Shown here one piece after another: positions 1 to 18,411 of a DNA stretch of 64,000 bases. The position numbers and the translations under genes are program-made. Numbering within the stretch: the first letter of the stretch is position 1; each line of letters begins with the position of its first letter. The DNA is from the human T2T-CHM13v2.0 reference genome, Homo sapiens. Location of the stretch: assembly GCF_009914755.1 (NCBI RefSeq), contig NC_060947.1; one strand, given 5' to 3'. The notes beneath the pieces are model-generated. The model ran no database searches. It had not been told where the DNA came from and worked only from the letters and a program-made list of their open reading frames with translations.

Positions 1-942
1 TTTGTCCCTGCTGCTTTTACTGTGGAGAAAGCTGTTAACTTGTGTCTCAATCAGGGTGCTAGCAGACAACATGTTTGTGAAGAAGTTCTGCTGTGATTAG
101 ATATTCTGTTTTAAATTTTCTAAATTTTCTGTAATGCGATTTGAGAATATTGTTATCAGTCCTTAGTCTGATAATGGTGATGTATATTGTATTCTTTAGC
201 AAACTATTATGTTCTTGTATAATATACACAGTGCTTTGCCATCTAATTTGTTAACAAAATAATCCATACTCCATTGTGCCTTAAAAGTGCAACATCAGAA
301 GTCTGCTTTTCTTGTCTTGTTTTGACATGATTGGTACACACTAGCAAGAGAAAATATCTTACATTCCAGTAAATACTTGCAGCACTCAAAACACTGTCAA
401 GTTATAGTTATGCCACTGCAATTTGCAGTGTATAAATTATACACTAGTCATGGCAGGAGAAAAACACATGGAACTTATAGCCCTTAGAGGTCATTTTCTA
501 TTTGTATTATTATTTTGTTGGAGATGGAGTCTCGCTCTGCAATCTCCACCTCCCAGGTTCAAGCGATTCTCCTGCCTCAGCCTCCCAAGTAGCTGGGATT
601 ACAGGCACGTGCCACCATGCCCAGCTAATTTTTGTATTTTTAGTAGAGACGGGATTTCACCATGTTGGCCAAGATGGTCTCGATCTTCTGACCACGTGAA
701 TGTTATTATTATTATGTTGTTGCATAGTATACACAGTGTTTTGCCATCTAATTTGTTAACAAAATAATCCATACTCCATTGTGCCTTAAAGGTTCAACAT
801 CAGAAGTCTGCTTTTCTTGTCTTGTTTTGACATGATTGGTACACACTAGTAAGAGAAAAGATCTTACATTTCAGTAAATACTTGCAGCACTCAAAACACT
901 GTCAAGTTATAGTTATGCCACTGCAATTTGTGGTGTATAAAT
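1..942 (-). mobile_element. hAT-Charlie (Cheshire-like) transposase fossil with internal duplication
   Basis: Minus-strand translation [20 protein letters not shown](I)...KEYNIHHHYQTK resembles the BED-finger N-terminus of Charlie/GTF2IRD2-type transposases. Confidence 0.75.
505..698 (-). mobile_element. Alu (S-type), internally deleted and 5' truncated
   Basis: GAGATGGAGTCTCGCTCT joined directly to GCAATCTCCACCTCCCAGG; flanked by TATTATTAT(T/A)TGTTG. Confidence 0.9.
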
Positions 943-1243
943 CAGGAGTGCAAAGCAATGACAGTGCCATATATGGTCTTTGTTGCAACTTCTAAATTCT
1001 GCCACTGCAACACAAAAGCAGCCACAGGCAATGTATAAACTAATGAACATGGCTATGTTCCAGTAAAATTGTATTTATAAACACTGAAATTTCAATTTAT
1101 GTAATTTTTCTCATCATAAAAAATTCTTCTTTTGATTTTTTTTCAACTATTTAAAAACGTAAAAACTATTGTTAGCTCACAGGCCATACAAAAGCAGACC
1201 ATGGACCAGATTTGTCCCATAGGACACAGTCTGCCAACCTCTG
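943..1243. mobile_element. MER58B-like hAT MITE
   Basis: Typical MER58 core (GGCTATGTTCCAGTAAAATTGTATTTA) and terminus CTGCCAACCTCTG. Confidence 0.75.
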
Positions 1244-3114
1244 GTCTGAAGTGTCTAGAGTTGCTATGTTGGCAAACTATTGTCCCACTTTGACCAACTT
1301 ATCCTCCTTCCATATTCATGATTGTTGAGACGATATAACCTTTCAAGGTCTGCCAAGAGATCATCTTTGAGATTAGGTAACATTTGCATAACTTGTGCAC
1401 TCAAGCATGTGGGGTGTGTGAAAGAAGTCTCTGAAACAGTTCATTTCGTTGCACTTGTAGGAAAACTTGTTTCCCTACTCTAAAAGACAAGGAAAATTGG
1501 AAAGCGGTGGTGTCGGGTTGGGGGGGTCTTACTTTGGCAGCCTTTTTCTCATTCCAGCTCTGTTCACCAACTTCAGGTTAATCAAGGGAAGTTTGTACCC
1601 CAACCTCAGGTCTGCGGTGGGCCCCTAGTTACCTAAGGGCCATGAGACTTAGACTGGCACCTAAGTCCACGCAGCCGGCCCAGTAAATAGTGTGGAACAA
1701 GGAACTGCCTCCCTAGCCTCACAGCACTTCAAGGAGCAGGCCTGGCCAATTGATCCAAAGGTGTATCAGAAATACTTGAATGCAAACGGGAGGAAAGATA
1801 GAAAACGTTGGTGTTTTGCTGCATGGAAAGCCATCTCTTGGGTGAGGTTAGCTTTGGAGTGATAAAGGCTGGTCATGCAAGAAACTCCCAGCTTAGTCAT
1901 AGATCTTCCTAACCCTCACCCCTCCATTGATGCCAAGGCAAAGTGCTCCCCACTGGGGATGGAAAGGGGCCAGCTCCCTGGCTTTTACACGTGCTAGGGA
2001 ATGCAGGGAGCTCATCTCCTCCTCACTGTCCTGGAAGGAAAGTGGAGAGTGTAAAAAACAGGCATTTTAGAAGCAACAAAAGAAGGAAAGAAAATGTGAA
2101 TTGAAGCACAATAACATACCATGCCACAGCAATTTCTATATGCTATATTTAGCAGAAGCCCACAGTCCCATCTTTGTTATATTTGTGTGAATCATCCAGA
2201 CCTTCAAACTATCTGTATTATTCACAATTATTATCCTAGCTCATCTACATGTTCATTTTCCCAGGAGGGGGAAAAAACTTCTCTTGATACTTGGTTTCTG
2301 AGTTCTGGGAAATTTGACTGGGAGAGATGTGGAAACGCAAACACTTGGTAAGGCATACAATTATCACTTTCAAAGAAAACATTCACCTCCAGCTGGCCTA
2401 CTTGTGTAGGTTCTAATGCCTGAAAAGAGAATTAATTAACCCAGGCAGGTCTCCAGTGCTTGCATGTACTCCTTCAAACCTATTGACAAACCTGCTTAAA
2501 AATGCTGGGTTTTTGCAAGCATAGCGTTCACTATAAATACAGCTGCAGATGGAATTCTTTGAAAATAGAAATGGAAAATTCTGAACAGGAATAACTTGAC
2601 ATTTGATTCTGAAACAATAGTAAACTGTCAACATCTGCCATAAAAATACAGAACTATAAAATAATGAATAAAAGTCCTTTCAGTTAGTTAAATACATTGT
2701 ATATAGCACTGTTTTGGTTTGGTTGTTTGACAGCTCTGTGCAGTATCACTTTGCTTCAACAAATCCCCATTAAAGTCATGCTATTTAAGCAATAAAATAT
2801 TGAAACAGGCATGCTGTAGACTTTTAATTTTATTGGAAGATAAGAATAGTCTCATTCTATTAGAATATTCCCTCTTTTCCATGTAACAGAAGCTAGTTTG
2901 TTTGACAGCCTAATGATCCCCTCTGTAGTAATCCTTTTAAAGATCTGAGGTGTCAACCAAAACATCCCAAGTTTGGTTAAAAAATCGCTCATAATTGTAG
3001 ACAGACCTTTCTTAAACTTATTTACATTTTGAACCTATACCAGCTCTTGAGTGGCTAATAATGTCCTTGAGTTTGCTGCCTGTAAAGTAGAACCTCCATT
3101 TATTTTCTCTTTCC

Positions 3115-6100
3115 TTTTAAAGATTTTAAATTGTGGTTGAAAAAAAACACAACATAAAATTTTCCACCTTCACTCTTTCTAAGTGTAGTTTATTCATGTA
3201 AAGTATATTCACATTGTTGTGCAAGCAATCTCCAGAACATTTTCATCTCGCAAAATTGAACTACCACCACCTCATAGTCCCCTCCCCCCGAGCCCCTGGG
3301 CAGCCACCATTCTACTTTCTGTCCTTATGAACTTAACTACCTCAGATGCTTCATATAAGTAAGATCATGCAGGTATTTGTCTTTCTGTGACTCGCTTATT
3401 TTACTTAGTATAATGTTTTGAAGGTTGATCCATATTGTAGCATGTATCAGTACTTCACTCCTTTTTATGACCAAATAATATTCCACTGTATGAATAGACC
3501 ACAATTTCCTCAGCTATTTATCCATTGATGAACATTTGAGTTGCTTCCATTTTTGGCTATTGTAAATAATGCTGCTATGAACATAGGTGTACAAATATCT
3601 GTTTGACTCCCTGCTTTCAATTATTTGGGTTATATACCCAGAAGTATATTTTCTGGATCATATATTAAGCCTATGTTTACTTTTTATTGATAAATAATAG
3701 TTGTACATATTTTGGGGATACATGTGATATTTTGATACATGCATACAATGTGTAATGATCAAACCAGGGCAATTGGGATATCCATCACTCCAAACATTCA
3801 TTTCTTCACTGTTGGAAACATTCTAATTCCTCACCTTCAGCTATTTTGAAATATAGAAAAAATTATTGTTAACTATAGTTGCCCTACTGTACTATCAAAC
3901 ACTAGATCTTATTCCTTCTACCTAACTGTATTTTTGTACCCATTAACCAACCTCTCTTCATCTCCACAATCCTCTACCCTTCCCATTCTCTGATAACCAC
4001 CACTCAACTCTCTACCGCCATTACATCCACTTTTTTTTTAGCTCTCACATATGAGTGAGAACATATGATATTTGTCTCTCTGTGCTTGGATTATTTCACT
4101 TAGAATAATGACCTCCAGTTCCATCCATGCTACTACACATGACAGAATTTCATTCTTTTTGTGGCTAAATAGTACTCCATTGTATTTATGTACACATTTT
4201 CTTTTTCCATTCATCTGTACATGGACACATGGGTTGATTCCATATTTTGGCTTTTGTGAATAGTGCTTCATGGGAGAGCAGATATCTCTTTGATATACTG
4301 ATTTCCCTTCTTTTGGGTATATACCCAGCAGTGGGATTTTGCTGGATCATATGGTAGTTCTATTTTTAGTTTTTTGAGAAACCTCCCTACTGTTTTCCAC
4401 AGTGGCTATGCTAATTTACATTCCCACCAACAGTGTATGAGTGTTCCCCTTTCTCCACATCCTCGCTAGCTTCTGTTATTTTTTTTCTTTTTGTTAAAAT
4501 CCATTTTAACTGGGGTGAGATGATATTTCATTGTGGTTTTCATTTGCATTTTCCTGATGATTAGTGATATTGAACATTTTTTCATATACCTGTTAACCAT
4601 TGTATATCTTCTCTTGAGAAATGTCTATTCAGAGCTTTTGCACATTTTAAAATCAGATTATTTTTGCTGTTGAGTTCCTTATATATTCTGATTATTAATC
4701 CCTTGTCAGATGGATAGTTTGCAAATATTTTTTCCCATTCTGTAGGTTGTCTCTACACTTTGTTGACTGTTTTCTAGCTTGATGTAATCACATTTGTCTA
4801 TTTTTGCTTTTGTTGCCTGGGCTTTTGAGGTATTACCCAAACAACTTTGCCCAGACCAAGGTCCCGAAGCATTTCCCCAATATTCCAATATTTTCTTCCT
4901 GTAGTTTTATAATTTCAGGTCTTAAGACTTAAGTATTTAATCCATTTCATTTGATTTTTTATATAATGAGAGATGAGAGTATGACTTCCTTCTTCTGCAT
5001 ATAGTTATCCATCTATGTTGAATTCTTTGAGGAACTGCATGCATTTTCCACAGCAGCTGCACCATTTTACATTCCCACCAGCAGTGCACGAGGGTTCTAA
5101 TTTCTCCACATCCTCACCAATACTTATAGTTTTCTGGGTTTTTTAAAATAATAGTCATCCCAATGAATGTCAACTGGTATTCATTGTGGTTTTGACTTGT
5201 ATTTCCCTAACGATCAATGGTGTTGAACATCTTTTCATGTGCTTATTGGCCATGTGTATATTTTCTTTGGAGAAATGTCTGCTGAAGTCCTTTGCCCATT
5301 TGTTAATTGGGTTGTTTGTTCTGTTGTTGTTGACCTGAAAGTGTTCTTTATATATTCTGGATATTAATGCCTTATCAGACATATGCCTTTCGCATATTTT
5401 CTCCCATTCCATGAGTCGCCTTTTTATTCTGTTGATAGCATCCTTTGGTGCACAAAAGCTTTTAATTTTAATGAGGTCTGATTTATCTATTTTTCCTTTG
5501 TTGTCTGTGTTTTTGGTGTTATATCCAATAAATCATTGCCAAACCCAACGTTATGAAGATTTTCCCCTATGTTTTCTCCCAAAAGTTTTATAATTTTAGG
5601 CCTTATGATTAGGTCCTTGATCCATTTTGAGTTAGTTTTTGTATATGGTTTAAGGTAAGGATCCAACTTCATTCTTTTGCATGCGGATATCCAGTTTTCC
5701 CAACACTATTTTTTGAAGAGACTGCCTTTTTCTCTTTGGATGCTCTTGGCATCCTTAATGAAAATTGTTTGAATATATATGCAAGAGTTTATTTCTGGGC
5801 TCTCTTTTCTATTTTACTCTTCTATATGTCTGTCTTTATGCCAGTACCATACTGTTTTGACTACTGTAGCTTTGTAATAATTGTTGAAATCAGGAGTTGT
5901 GGGACTTCCAGCATTGTTCTTTCTTAAGATTGTTCTTCTTTCTTAAGACTATTCATGATCCCTTGAGATTCCATATGAATTTTAGTGTCCATTTTTCTAT
6001 TTCTGCAAAAAGTATCATTGGGATTTTAAATAAGGATTTCATCAACTCTGTAGATTATTTTGGATAGTATTGACATTTTAACAATGTTAAGTCTTCCAAT

Positions 6101-6140
6101 CCATGAACACAGGACTTTTTTTTACTTGTTTGTGTCTTCT
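3115..6140 (-). mobile_element. Old L1M (L1MB-like), interrupted by an L1MA-like insertion at ~3680-5012
   Basis: Antisense ORF2 C-terminal peptides (KLDPYLKPYTK, WEKIC...KWAKD); host element resumes at ~5013; degraded CTATGTT direct repeat at both junctions. Confidence 0.85.
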
Positions 6141-6144
6141 CTTT

Positions 6145-7035
6145 TTTAAAGTAGCTTTATTGAGATATAATTCACATACCATAAACTCCACCCTTTTAAA
6201 GAGTACAATTAAATGTTTTCTTTTTTCACTGTTAACAGCTTTATTGGGATATAATTAATATACCATAAAATTAACCTGCTTAAAGAACAGAAATCAATAT
6301 TTTAAAATATATTCACAGGCTTGTGCAACCATTACCACAATTTTAGAACATTTTAAAACCTCTTAAAATAAATACTCATACCCCATTGGTAGTCATTCTG
6401 CATTCATTCCTTTGTCTTCCTAGACATAAGCAACCATTAAGCTACTTTATGTCTCTGTAAATTTGCCTATTCCGGACATTTGATAGAAACGAAATCATAT
6501 AATATGTTTTTTTGTGACTGGTTTCTTTCACTTCATGTTTCATTTTTTCAAGCTTCATCCATGTTGTAGTATGTATCAGACTGTATGTCTGATTATTACT
6601 ATTATTAATAATTACTACTATTAATACATAATAATTGCACATACTTATAGGATACATGTGATATTTGGATACATGTATATAATGTGTAATGTTTAGAGCA
6701 GGACAGTTGGGATATCCATCACCTCAAAGATTTCTTTGTGTTGAGAACATTTCAAATCTTCTCTGTAGCTATTATGTAATATACAATAAATTATTATTAG
6801 CTATAGTCACCCTACTGTACTACCAAACACTATAACTTATTTATTCTAACTGTATTTTTGTACCATTAGCCAATTTTTCATCATCTCACCCTCCCCCTGA
6901 CCTTCCCAGTTTCTAGTAACCATGTACTCTTTTTCTTGATGAATAATATTCCATTGTATAGCTATACTATGTTTTATTTATCTATATACCAGGTGATAGA
7001 CATTAGGGATGTTTCTACTTTTTGGCTATTGCAAA
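6145..7035 (-). mobile_element. Nested L1MB/L1MA 3' end fragments
   Basis: L1M 3' motif CTTTATTGAGATATAATTCACATACCAT (twice, one diverged) and TACATGTGATATTTGGATACATG. Confidence 0.75.
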
Positions 7036-7992
7036 GTAGTCTAATTTACCTCCTTTTTCTCTTAAGTCTAATCTTTTCAAAATTGTGAAACTGGACCAAA
7101 AGTAAAGTGGGAAATGAGCAACACAACTCATTGTGCTTGTACTTTAAGTGAATCTATATATGTGAAGTAGAAAGACTGCAGGGAAAGGAGGAAGCTGTGA
7201 ACAATGGGGCTCAGTTTGGGAAAACTAAATCCACTGCTGGACTTACTCCTAAAGGTGCTAGCTAACAATTTAAATTACTGGCCAAAAGGTCAAGATAGTC
7301 TAGGTCTTGATCTATACTAGCATCAGCATCTAAGGGAGTCAGTCTAGAAGGTGAAGAATGGCAACAAGAGCCTCCCAACTGAAATGAATGAGCCTGTGAA
7401 TACAGTGAAAGTCAGCAATGTGGTTTGGAGTCAGCAATGTGATTTGGAGTGGCCCATCCAGTTTAGAGCAAAACTCCAATCAGCACCTTAGAATATGGAG
7501 AATGGGGGAAGGAGCTGGTGAAGGAAGCAGGAGGGCAAATCCAGGAAATCAAGGTACAATCCCAGACATGCAGACTAGCAAAAGATGGTACAGGAAACAG
7601 AAAAATATGAGGAACTGAAGAAATGAAGTGTTTAGAGCTCATTTGCTATATGACAGGCTTAGGGAAGCCAGACTCTGCTAGCCTTTGGGAGCTCCTAGAT
7701 AGCCTGGCTACTTGCAGAATGCCTTACATATTGGATAAGACTGAGCTTTCAAGTTCAAAAGCGTCAGTATATGTTACAACATGGCTGGAGTAGGTCAGGA
7801 ATTAAAAATTCTAATATTAGGAGGTGACAAGCCTACAGTCACCATGCTGATTTCATAGCAAACAATAATATCACTTCTTGGCCTTCATTTTTCTAGCCTG
7901 AAAATTATATAATGTTATTTATTTAGCATGGTCTCACATAACCATCGCCTCTATTTGCTTGATTTTTGAAATTTTCTTCTCTGGCTTTTCTT

Positions 7993-8291
<299 letters not shown>

Positions 8292-9060
8292 TTCTCTGGC
8301 TTTTCTTTAGCTCCATTCAGTCCTTCTCAAGGTAAAGAAATCAGAGCTTGCAATAGTGTTCCAGGTACAGAAATATCTTGGTTATGTGCAGGAAGAGGAA
8401 AATATTTTTGTTTTCTTACCCATAGACTTCTCTGTGTTTCTCACCATATTGTTGGCCTTTATTCACTATGGTTGTCTCAGGTCGGGGTGTGCTCAAAGTA
8501 TTCCTGCTGACCCTGTGTAGTAGTGTTAATTCAAACAATAGGCTAGCACAAGAACACGTAATTGGATTAAGGTGTTTGATTAAGGTGTTTTCTGCTTTTT
8601 CTTTGATGACTCATCATTTAGGTGCTCCCAGAGGATTGGTCTTCCAGAATCCTTTCATTACTACCTTACTGTACCATAATACTTCAAAGGTGAAGGTACA
8701 CTTCACCAAAGGGATGTTTGAATTTCTCCATAACTTCAATTTACCTTCTACCTATCTCATTGTCTACACTGAACAAACATCGAAGGAACAAAGATGAATA
8801 ATATATTACAATGCCCTTCTTTCACCCCAGTAGCCTAAGATCCTATAATGGCTTTTGTAAAATCAGAATATGGTTACCTGGGTAACTATAACTCTATGTA
8901 AAAAGCTCGTATTCTCTCTCCTTTCTATACGATTCACTCTTCTGCTTCCATTTCCTTTCAAATAAATCAACCTTTAACATGCAATGAAAATTCTCAAATA
9001 TGTAGACACTGGTGATTTTTAAGCAATTGCAGCTCTGTTTAAAGAGGCTTTTCCATTTTT

Positions 9061-9362
<302 letters not shown>

Positions 9363-10515
9363 GAGAGGCTTTTCTATTTTTAAAATTTTGAAGAGAGTGA
9401 CACAGTTTTCTTGCTTGAGAAGATGAATGGCAAATATGTAAACAATATTTAAGCATATTCTCAAAAAACATCATTTACTATCCCATTTGAATTTCACTTG
9501 CAGGGAAAAGAATAATTTTAAGAGGCATCAGGACATAGTCTTTCTGCCTCTTCCTGTAAATCCAAGAAAGTGAGTTGCATTCACATCTCAGCCCCTAACT
9601 TGGTAAGTGGAGCTCTCGACAATTAGATCATTAGAACTTCTGTTTGTATTTGTTTGCAATGAAATAGTAAGCAGTTTTACAGATCTGAGATTTTTTGAGG
9701 TATAATTCACATACCAAAACATTACCATTTTAAAGTATGCAATTTAGTGGTTTTTAATGTATTTACAAGGTTGTGCAACCATCACCACTACCTAATTCTA
9801 GAACATTTCATCACACCAAAACAACCCCCGTACTCATTACCAGTCACTCCTCATTCCTCCCTCCCACCAGCCACCAGCAACCACTAATGTACTCTCTGCC
9901 TCTAGAGATTTGCCTGTTCTGAACATTATATATAAAAGGGATCATATAATATTTCATCTTTCTGACTGGCTTTCTCCATGAATTATATGTTTTTAAGGTA
10001 CATCAATGTTGTAGCAGATGTCAGTACTTCATTTCTTTTTATTGCCAAATAATATTCAATTGTGTGAATATATACTACAGTCTATCTATCTATTTATCAG
10101 TCAACAGACATTTGAGTTGTTTCTGCTTTTTGGATATTATGAATAATGCAGCTATGAATATTTGTGTATAAGTTTTTTGTGGATATATATATATATATAT
10201 ATATGAGGGGAATTGATAAATCATATTATAACTCTGTGTTTAACCATTTCAGGAATTGTCAGACTGCATTCCAGAGCAGCTGCCACATTTTATATTTTCA
10301 CCAGTGTGGATAAGGGTAATTATGCTGGAGGTGGAGCCCAGATGGCCGAATAGGAACAGCTCCAGTCTACAGCTCCCAGAGTAAGTGACGCATAAGACGG
10401 GTGATTTCTGCATTTCCAACTGAGGTACTGGGTTCATCTCACTGGGGAGTGTCCAACAGTGGGTGCAGGACAGCGGGTGCACCACACCGAGTGTGAGCCA
10501 AAGCAGGGCGAGGCA

Positions 10516-10779
10516 TCACCTCACCCAGGAAGCACAAGCAGTCGGGGAATTCCCTTTCCTAGTCAAAGAAAGGGGTGACAGACAGCACCTAGAAAATCGG
10601 GTCACTCCCACCCTAATACTGCGCTTTTCCAACGGTCTTAGCAAATGGCACACCAGGAGATTATATCCTGCACCTGGCTCTGAGGGTCCTATGCCCACGG
10701 AGCCCCACTCATTGCTAGCACAGCAGTCTGAGATCAAACTGCAAGGCAGCAGTGAGGCTGGGGGAGGGGCGCCTGCCAT
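10516..10779 (-). CDS. L1 antisense ORF0, open, 87 aa
   Basis: MAGAPPPASLLPCSLISDCCASN...GPSEPG...RVGVTRFSRC matches the primate L1 ORF0 peptide; expression unknown. Confidence 0.6.
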   Translation of the reverse strand: MAGAPPPASLLPCSLISDCCASNEWGSVGIGPSEPGAGYNLLVCHLLRPLEKRSIRVGVTRFSRCCLSPLSLTRKGNSPTACASWVR

Positions 10780-11352
10780 TGCCCAGGCTTGAGTAGGTAA
10801 ACAAAGCAGCCAGGAAGCTCAAACTGGGTGGAGCCCACTGCACTCAAGGAGGCCTGCCTGCCTCTGTAGACTGCACCTCTGGGGGCAAGGCATAGCCAAA
10901 CAAAAGGCAGCAGAAACCTCTGCAGACTTAAATGTCCCTGTCTGACAGCTTCGAAGACAGTAGTGGTTCTCCAAGCACGCAGCTGGAGATCTGAGAACAG
11001 ACAGACTGCCTCCTCAAGTGGGTCCCTGACCCCCGAGTAGCCTAACTGGGAGGCACCCCCAGTAGGGGCAGACTGACACCTCACACGGCCAGGTACTACT
11101 CTGAGACAAAACTTCCAGAGGAATGATCAGGCAGCAACATTTGCTGTTCACCAATATCCGCTGTTCTGCAGCCTCCGCTGGTGATACCCAGGCAAACAGG
11201 GTCTGGAGTGGACCTCCAGCAAACTCCAACAGACCTGCAGCTGAGGGTCCTGACTGTTAGAAGGAAAACTAACAAACAGGAAGGACATCCACACCAAAAC
11301 CCCATCTGTACGTCACCATCATCAAAGACCAAAGGTAGATAAAACCACAAAG

Positions 11353-12366
11353 ATGGCGAAAAACAGAACAGAAAAACTGGAAACTAAAAATCAGAGCGGC
11401 TCTCCTCCTCCAAAGGAAAACAGCTCCTCAACAGCAATGGAACAAAGCTGGATGGAGAATGACTTTGACGAGTTGAGAGAAGATGGCTTCAGACAATCAA
11501 ACTACTCCGAGCTAAAGGAGGAAGTTCGAACCCATGGCAAAGAAGTTAAAAACCTTGAGAAAAAATTAGATGAATGGATAACTAGAATAACCAATGCAGA
11601 GAAGTCCTTAAAGGACCTGATGGAGCTGAAAACCACAGCATGAGATCTACGTGATGAATGCACAAGCCTCAGTAGCCGATTTGATCAACTGGAAGAAAGG
11701 GTATCAGTGATGGAAGACCAAATGAATGAAATGAAGCGAGAAGAGAAGTTTAGAGAAAAAAGAATTAAAAGAAACGAACAAAGCCTCCAAGAAATATGGG
11801 ACTATGTGAAAAGACCAAATCTACGTCTGATTGGTGTACCTGAAAGTGACAGGGAGAATGGAACCAAGTTGGAAAACACTCTGCAGGATATTATCTAGGA
11901 GAACTTCCCCAATCTAGCAAGGCAGGCCAATATTCAAATTCAGGAAATACAGAGAACGCCACAAAGATACTCCTCCAGAATAGCACCTCCAAGAAACATA
12001 ATTGTCAGATTCACCGAAGTTGAAATGAAGGAAAAAATGTTAAGGGCAGCCAGAGAGAAAGGTCTGGTTACCCACAAAGGGAAGCCCATCAGACTAACAG
12101 CGGATCTCTTGGCAGAAACTCTACAAGCCAGAAGAGAGTGGGGGCCAATATTCAACATTCTTAAAGAAAAGAATTTTCAACCCAGAATTTCATATCCAGC
12201 CAAACTAAGCTTCATAAGTGAAGGAGAAATAAAATACTTTACAGACAAGCAAATGCTGAGAGATTTTGTCACCACCAGGCCTGCCCTAAAAGAGCTCCTG
12301 AAGGAAGCACTAAACACGGAAAGGAACAACCGGTATCAGCCACTGCAAAAACATGCCAAATTGTAA
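11353..12366 (+). pseudogene. L1 ORF1p remnant
   Basis: One reading frame with premature stops at 11641 (TGA) and 11896 (TAG); motifs YVKRPNLRLIGVPE and QPRISYPAKLSF. Confidence 0.95.
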
Positions 12367-12429
12367 AGACCATCAATGCTAGGAAGAAACTGCATCAACT
12401 AACGAGCAAAATAACCAGCTAACATCATA

Positions 12430-16261
<3,832 letters not shown>

Positions 16262-18411
16262 ACAATGAGAACACATGGACACAGGAAGGGGAACATCACA
16301 CACCGGGGCCTGATGTAGGGTGGGGGGAGGGGGGAGGGATAGCATTAGGAGATATACCTAATGTTAAATGACGAGTTAATGGGTGCAGCACACCAACATG
16401 GCACATGTATACATATGTAACAAACCTGCACCTTGTGCACACGTACCCTAAAACTTAAAGTATAATTAAAAAAGGGTAATTATGCCAACATTTATTGTTG
16501 TCCACATATATAGATTGATATAGATATATAATATTTCTTAACCATTGTAATCATATCATTATTGTGAGTATGAAGTGATAGCTCATTGTGGTTTTGATTT
16601 CCATTTCCCTAATGATTAATTATATTAAGCATCTTTTCATGTGCTTATTGGCCATTTGTGTATCTTCTCTAGGGAAATAAATACTCAAATCTTTTGGTTA
16701 ATTTCCAGAGTTCTAAAAAAGTTGTTTTCAAAATTTTTTGGCTAGTGTTCTTATTGTTTTTCTATAGGAGTGTTTTTTTTTAGTTCCTTACTCCACCATT
16801 CTTGAAGTCATCTAGATCTGAGATTTAATGTCCACTACTATCTCCTCCTTTGCACCAAATGTTGTTAGACCAACTTGTGCTATTTTTTTTGGAACTGAAT
16901 AGATAACAATATCACAAATTATCACATGCATTATAACTCAGTGTAAAACTGTGGGGATTTTCAGAAGATTAGCCTATGTGAGCCAGGATCCCTGTTGTTT
17001 TGTGTTTTCACTGTTTGTGTTTGTATCTCTTGCCCGTGAAGCATCAGGTTAACATGGGAATTTTTGTCTCAAAATTGTTACTGAAAAATATACATGGCAA
17101 ATACTCATCATTCTAAATGGAAATATTAGATTATCTAATAGAGGGTATGTTTAATACACTATGAAAAATGTTCTGTAAGTCCTAGCCCACTACCAGCCTC
17201 CAGTGTAATCAAGGGAAGCTGTGAGTGATCAGGAAGGATAACTGATGAGTGAGAAATACTTTGAAGTTTGTTTTAATACTATGCATTTCTCTCCCCACTC
17301 CCCCAATCTTCAAGCCATCAAGAGAACTAACTATTCTGAGCTTGTTATGTGTCCTCTGGAATTTGGACAACACTTGAAACGTGCCCTTTGAAGCTAAGAA
17401 AGCCCAAGGGGTAGTGACTGAGGCACACCTAAAAAAATAATTTAAAGACTGGTTGGAGTTGCCCATGACTGCAAAGCAGAGAGAGGGTTGCAATGGGAGC
17501 AGCCTACACTTTAAATTTGGTGGGGCAAAAGTACAAAGTGTTTACCATATGCCAAAAGATGTATCCACACTTGAAGCTTCTTGAATGGCCCCCACTGAAG
17601 AGGCATGCATGTGGCAAAGTGATCCCAGCCTTCAGAGCATGGGTGGAGTGTACAACCGGAGGTGGGAGCAGAGGGGAAGAACAGTAAGCAAAGAATAATG
17701 GTATCATCAACAGAAACAAACAATGAGTGAGAAGACTGGTAGGAAAGAGAGAAGTTTTGAGTTTGAGTTTAGACGTTATGTTGTGATTTGGTTTCCCAAA
17801 GATTATTTCACATGAGTTAAAGGGGTCTCTGCTACCTTCTTTGTATACATGTAATATTTCCAAAGTATTTTTAAGAAGTTAGCACTATTTTCATTAACCT
17901 GGGATGCTTCACTAAAACTAAGACTCAAAGCCCAAGTTCTAGTCCTAGTTGTATAACCAAGTTGCATGGAACTTTAACTGCTGTGTCTCTCATTTTCTCC
18001 ACTATAAAACACAGATAATACCTGCCCTACCATCTCACAAGGTTGTGATGATGATGATAAAGGATATAGGATAATTTATGTGGAAGTTCTTTGAAAAGAA
18101 CCAAATGCAAGATTTATTCCAAAACTATTTCTCATAATGAGTATATACCAGTGATCTGGCAGGAATAGGACAAGAAGCAATGAAGTTCCAGTTTGTATTC
18201 CAGGACAGGAACCTAGCAGGCCCTGGTAATCTGTAAAGAAACAATGATTGTAAGCTATGGCCAGTGCTCACCTGGAACAAAGTGCTCACTGAGGGTGAGG
18301 CTCTGGGGAACTGCATAGTTTTTGCTCTATAACATTAAGGAAAGGAGGGACCTATCAGGTAGAGATGCTGAGTTTAACAGCACTGGATAATAATAAAAAG
18401 TGAAACAAACG

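Noticed and set aside
7410-7450. 19-bp tandem duplication AGTCAGCAATGTG(G/A)TTTGG
   Set aside because: Ordinary slippage duplication with no other signal
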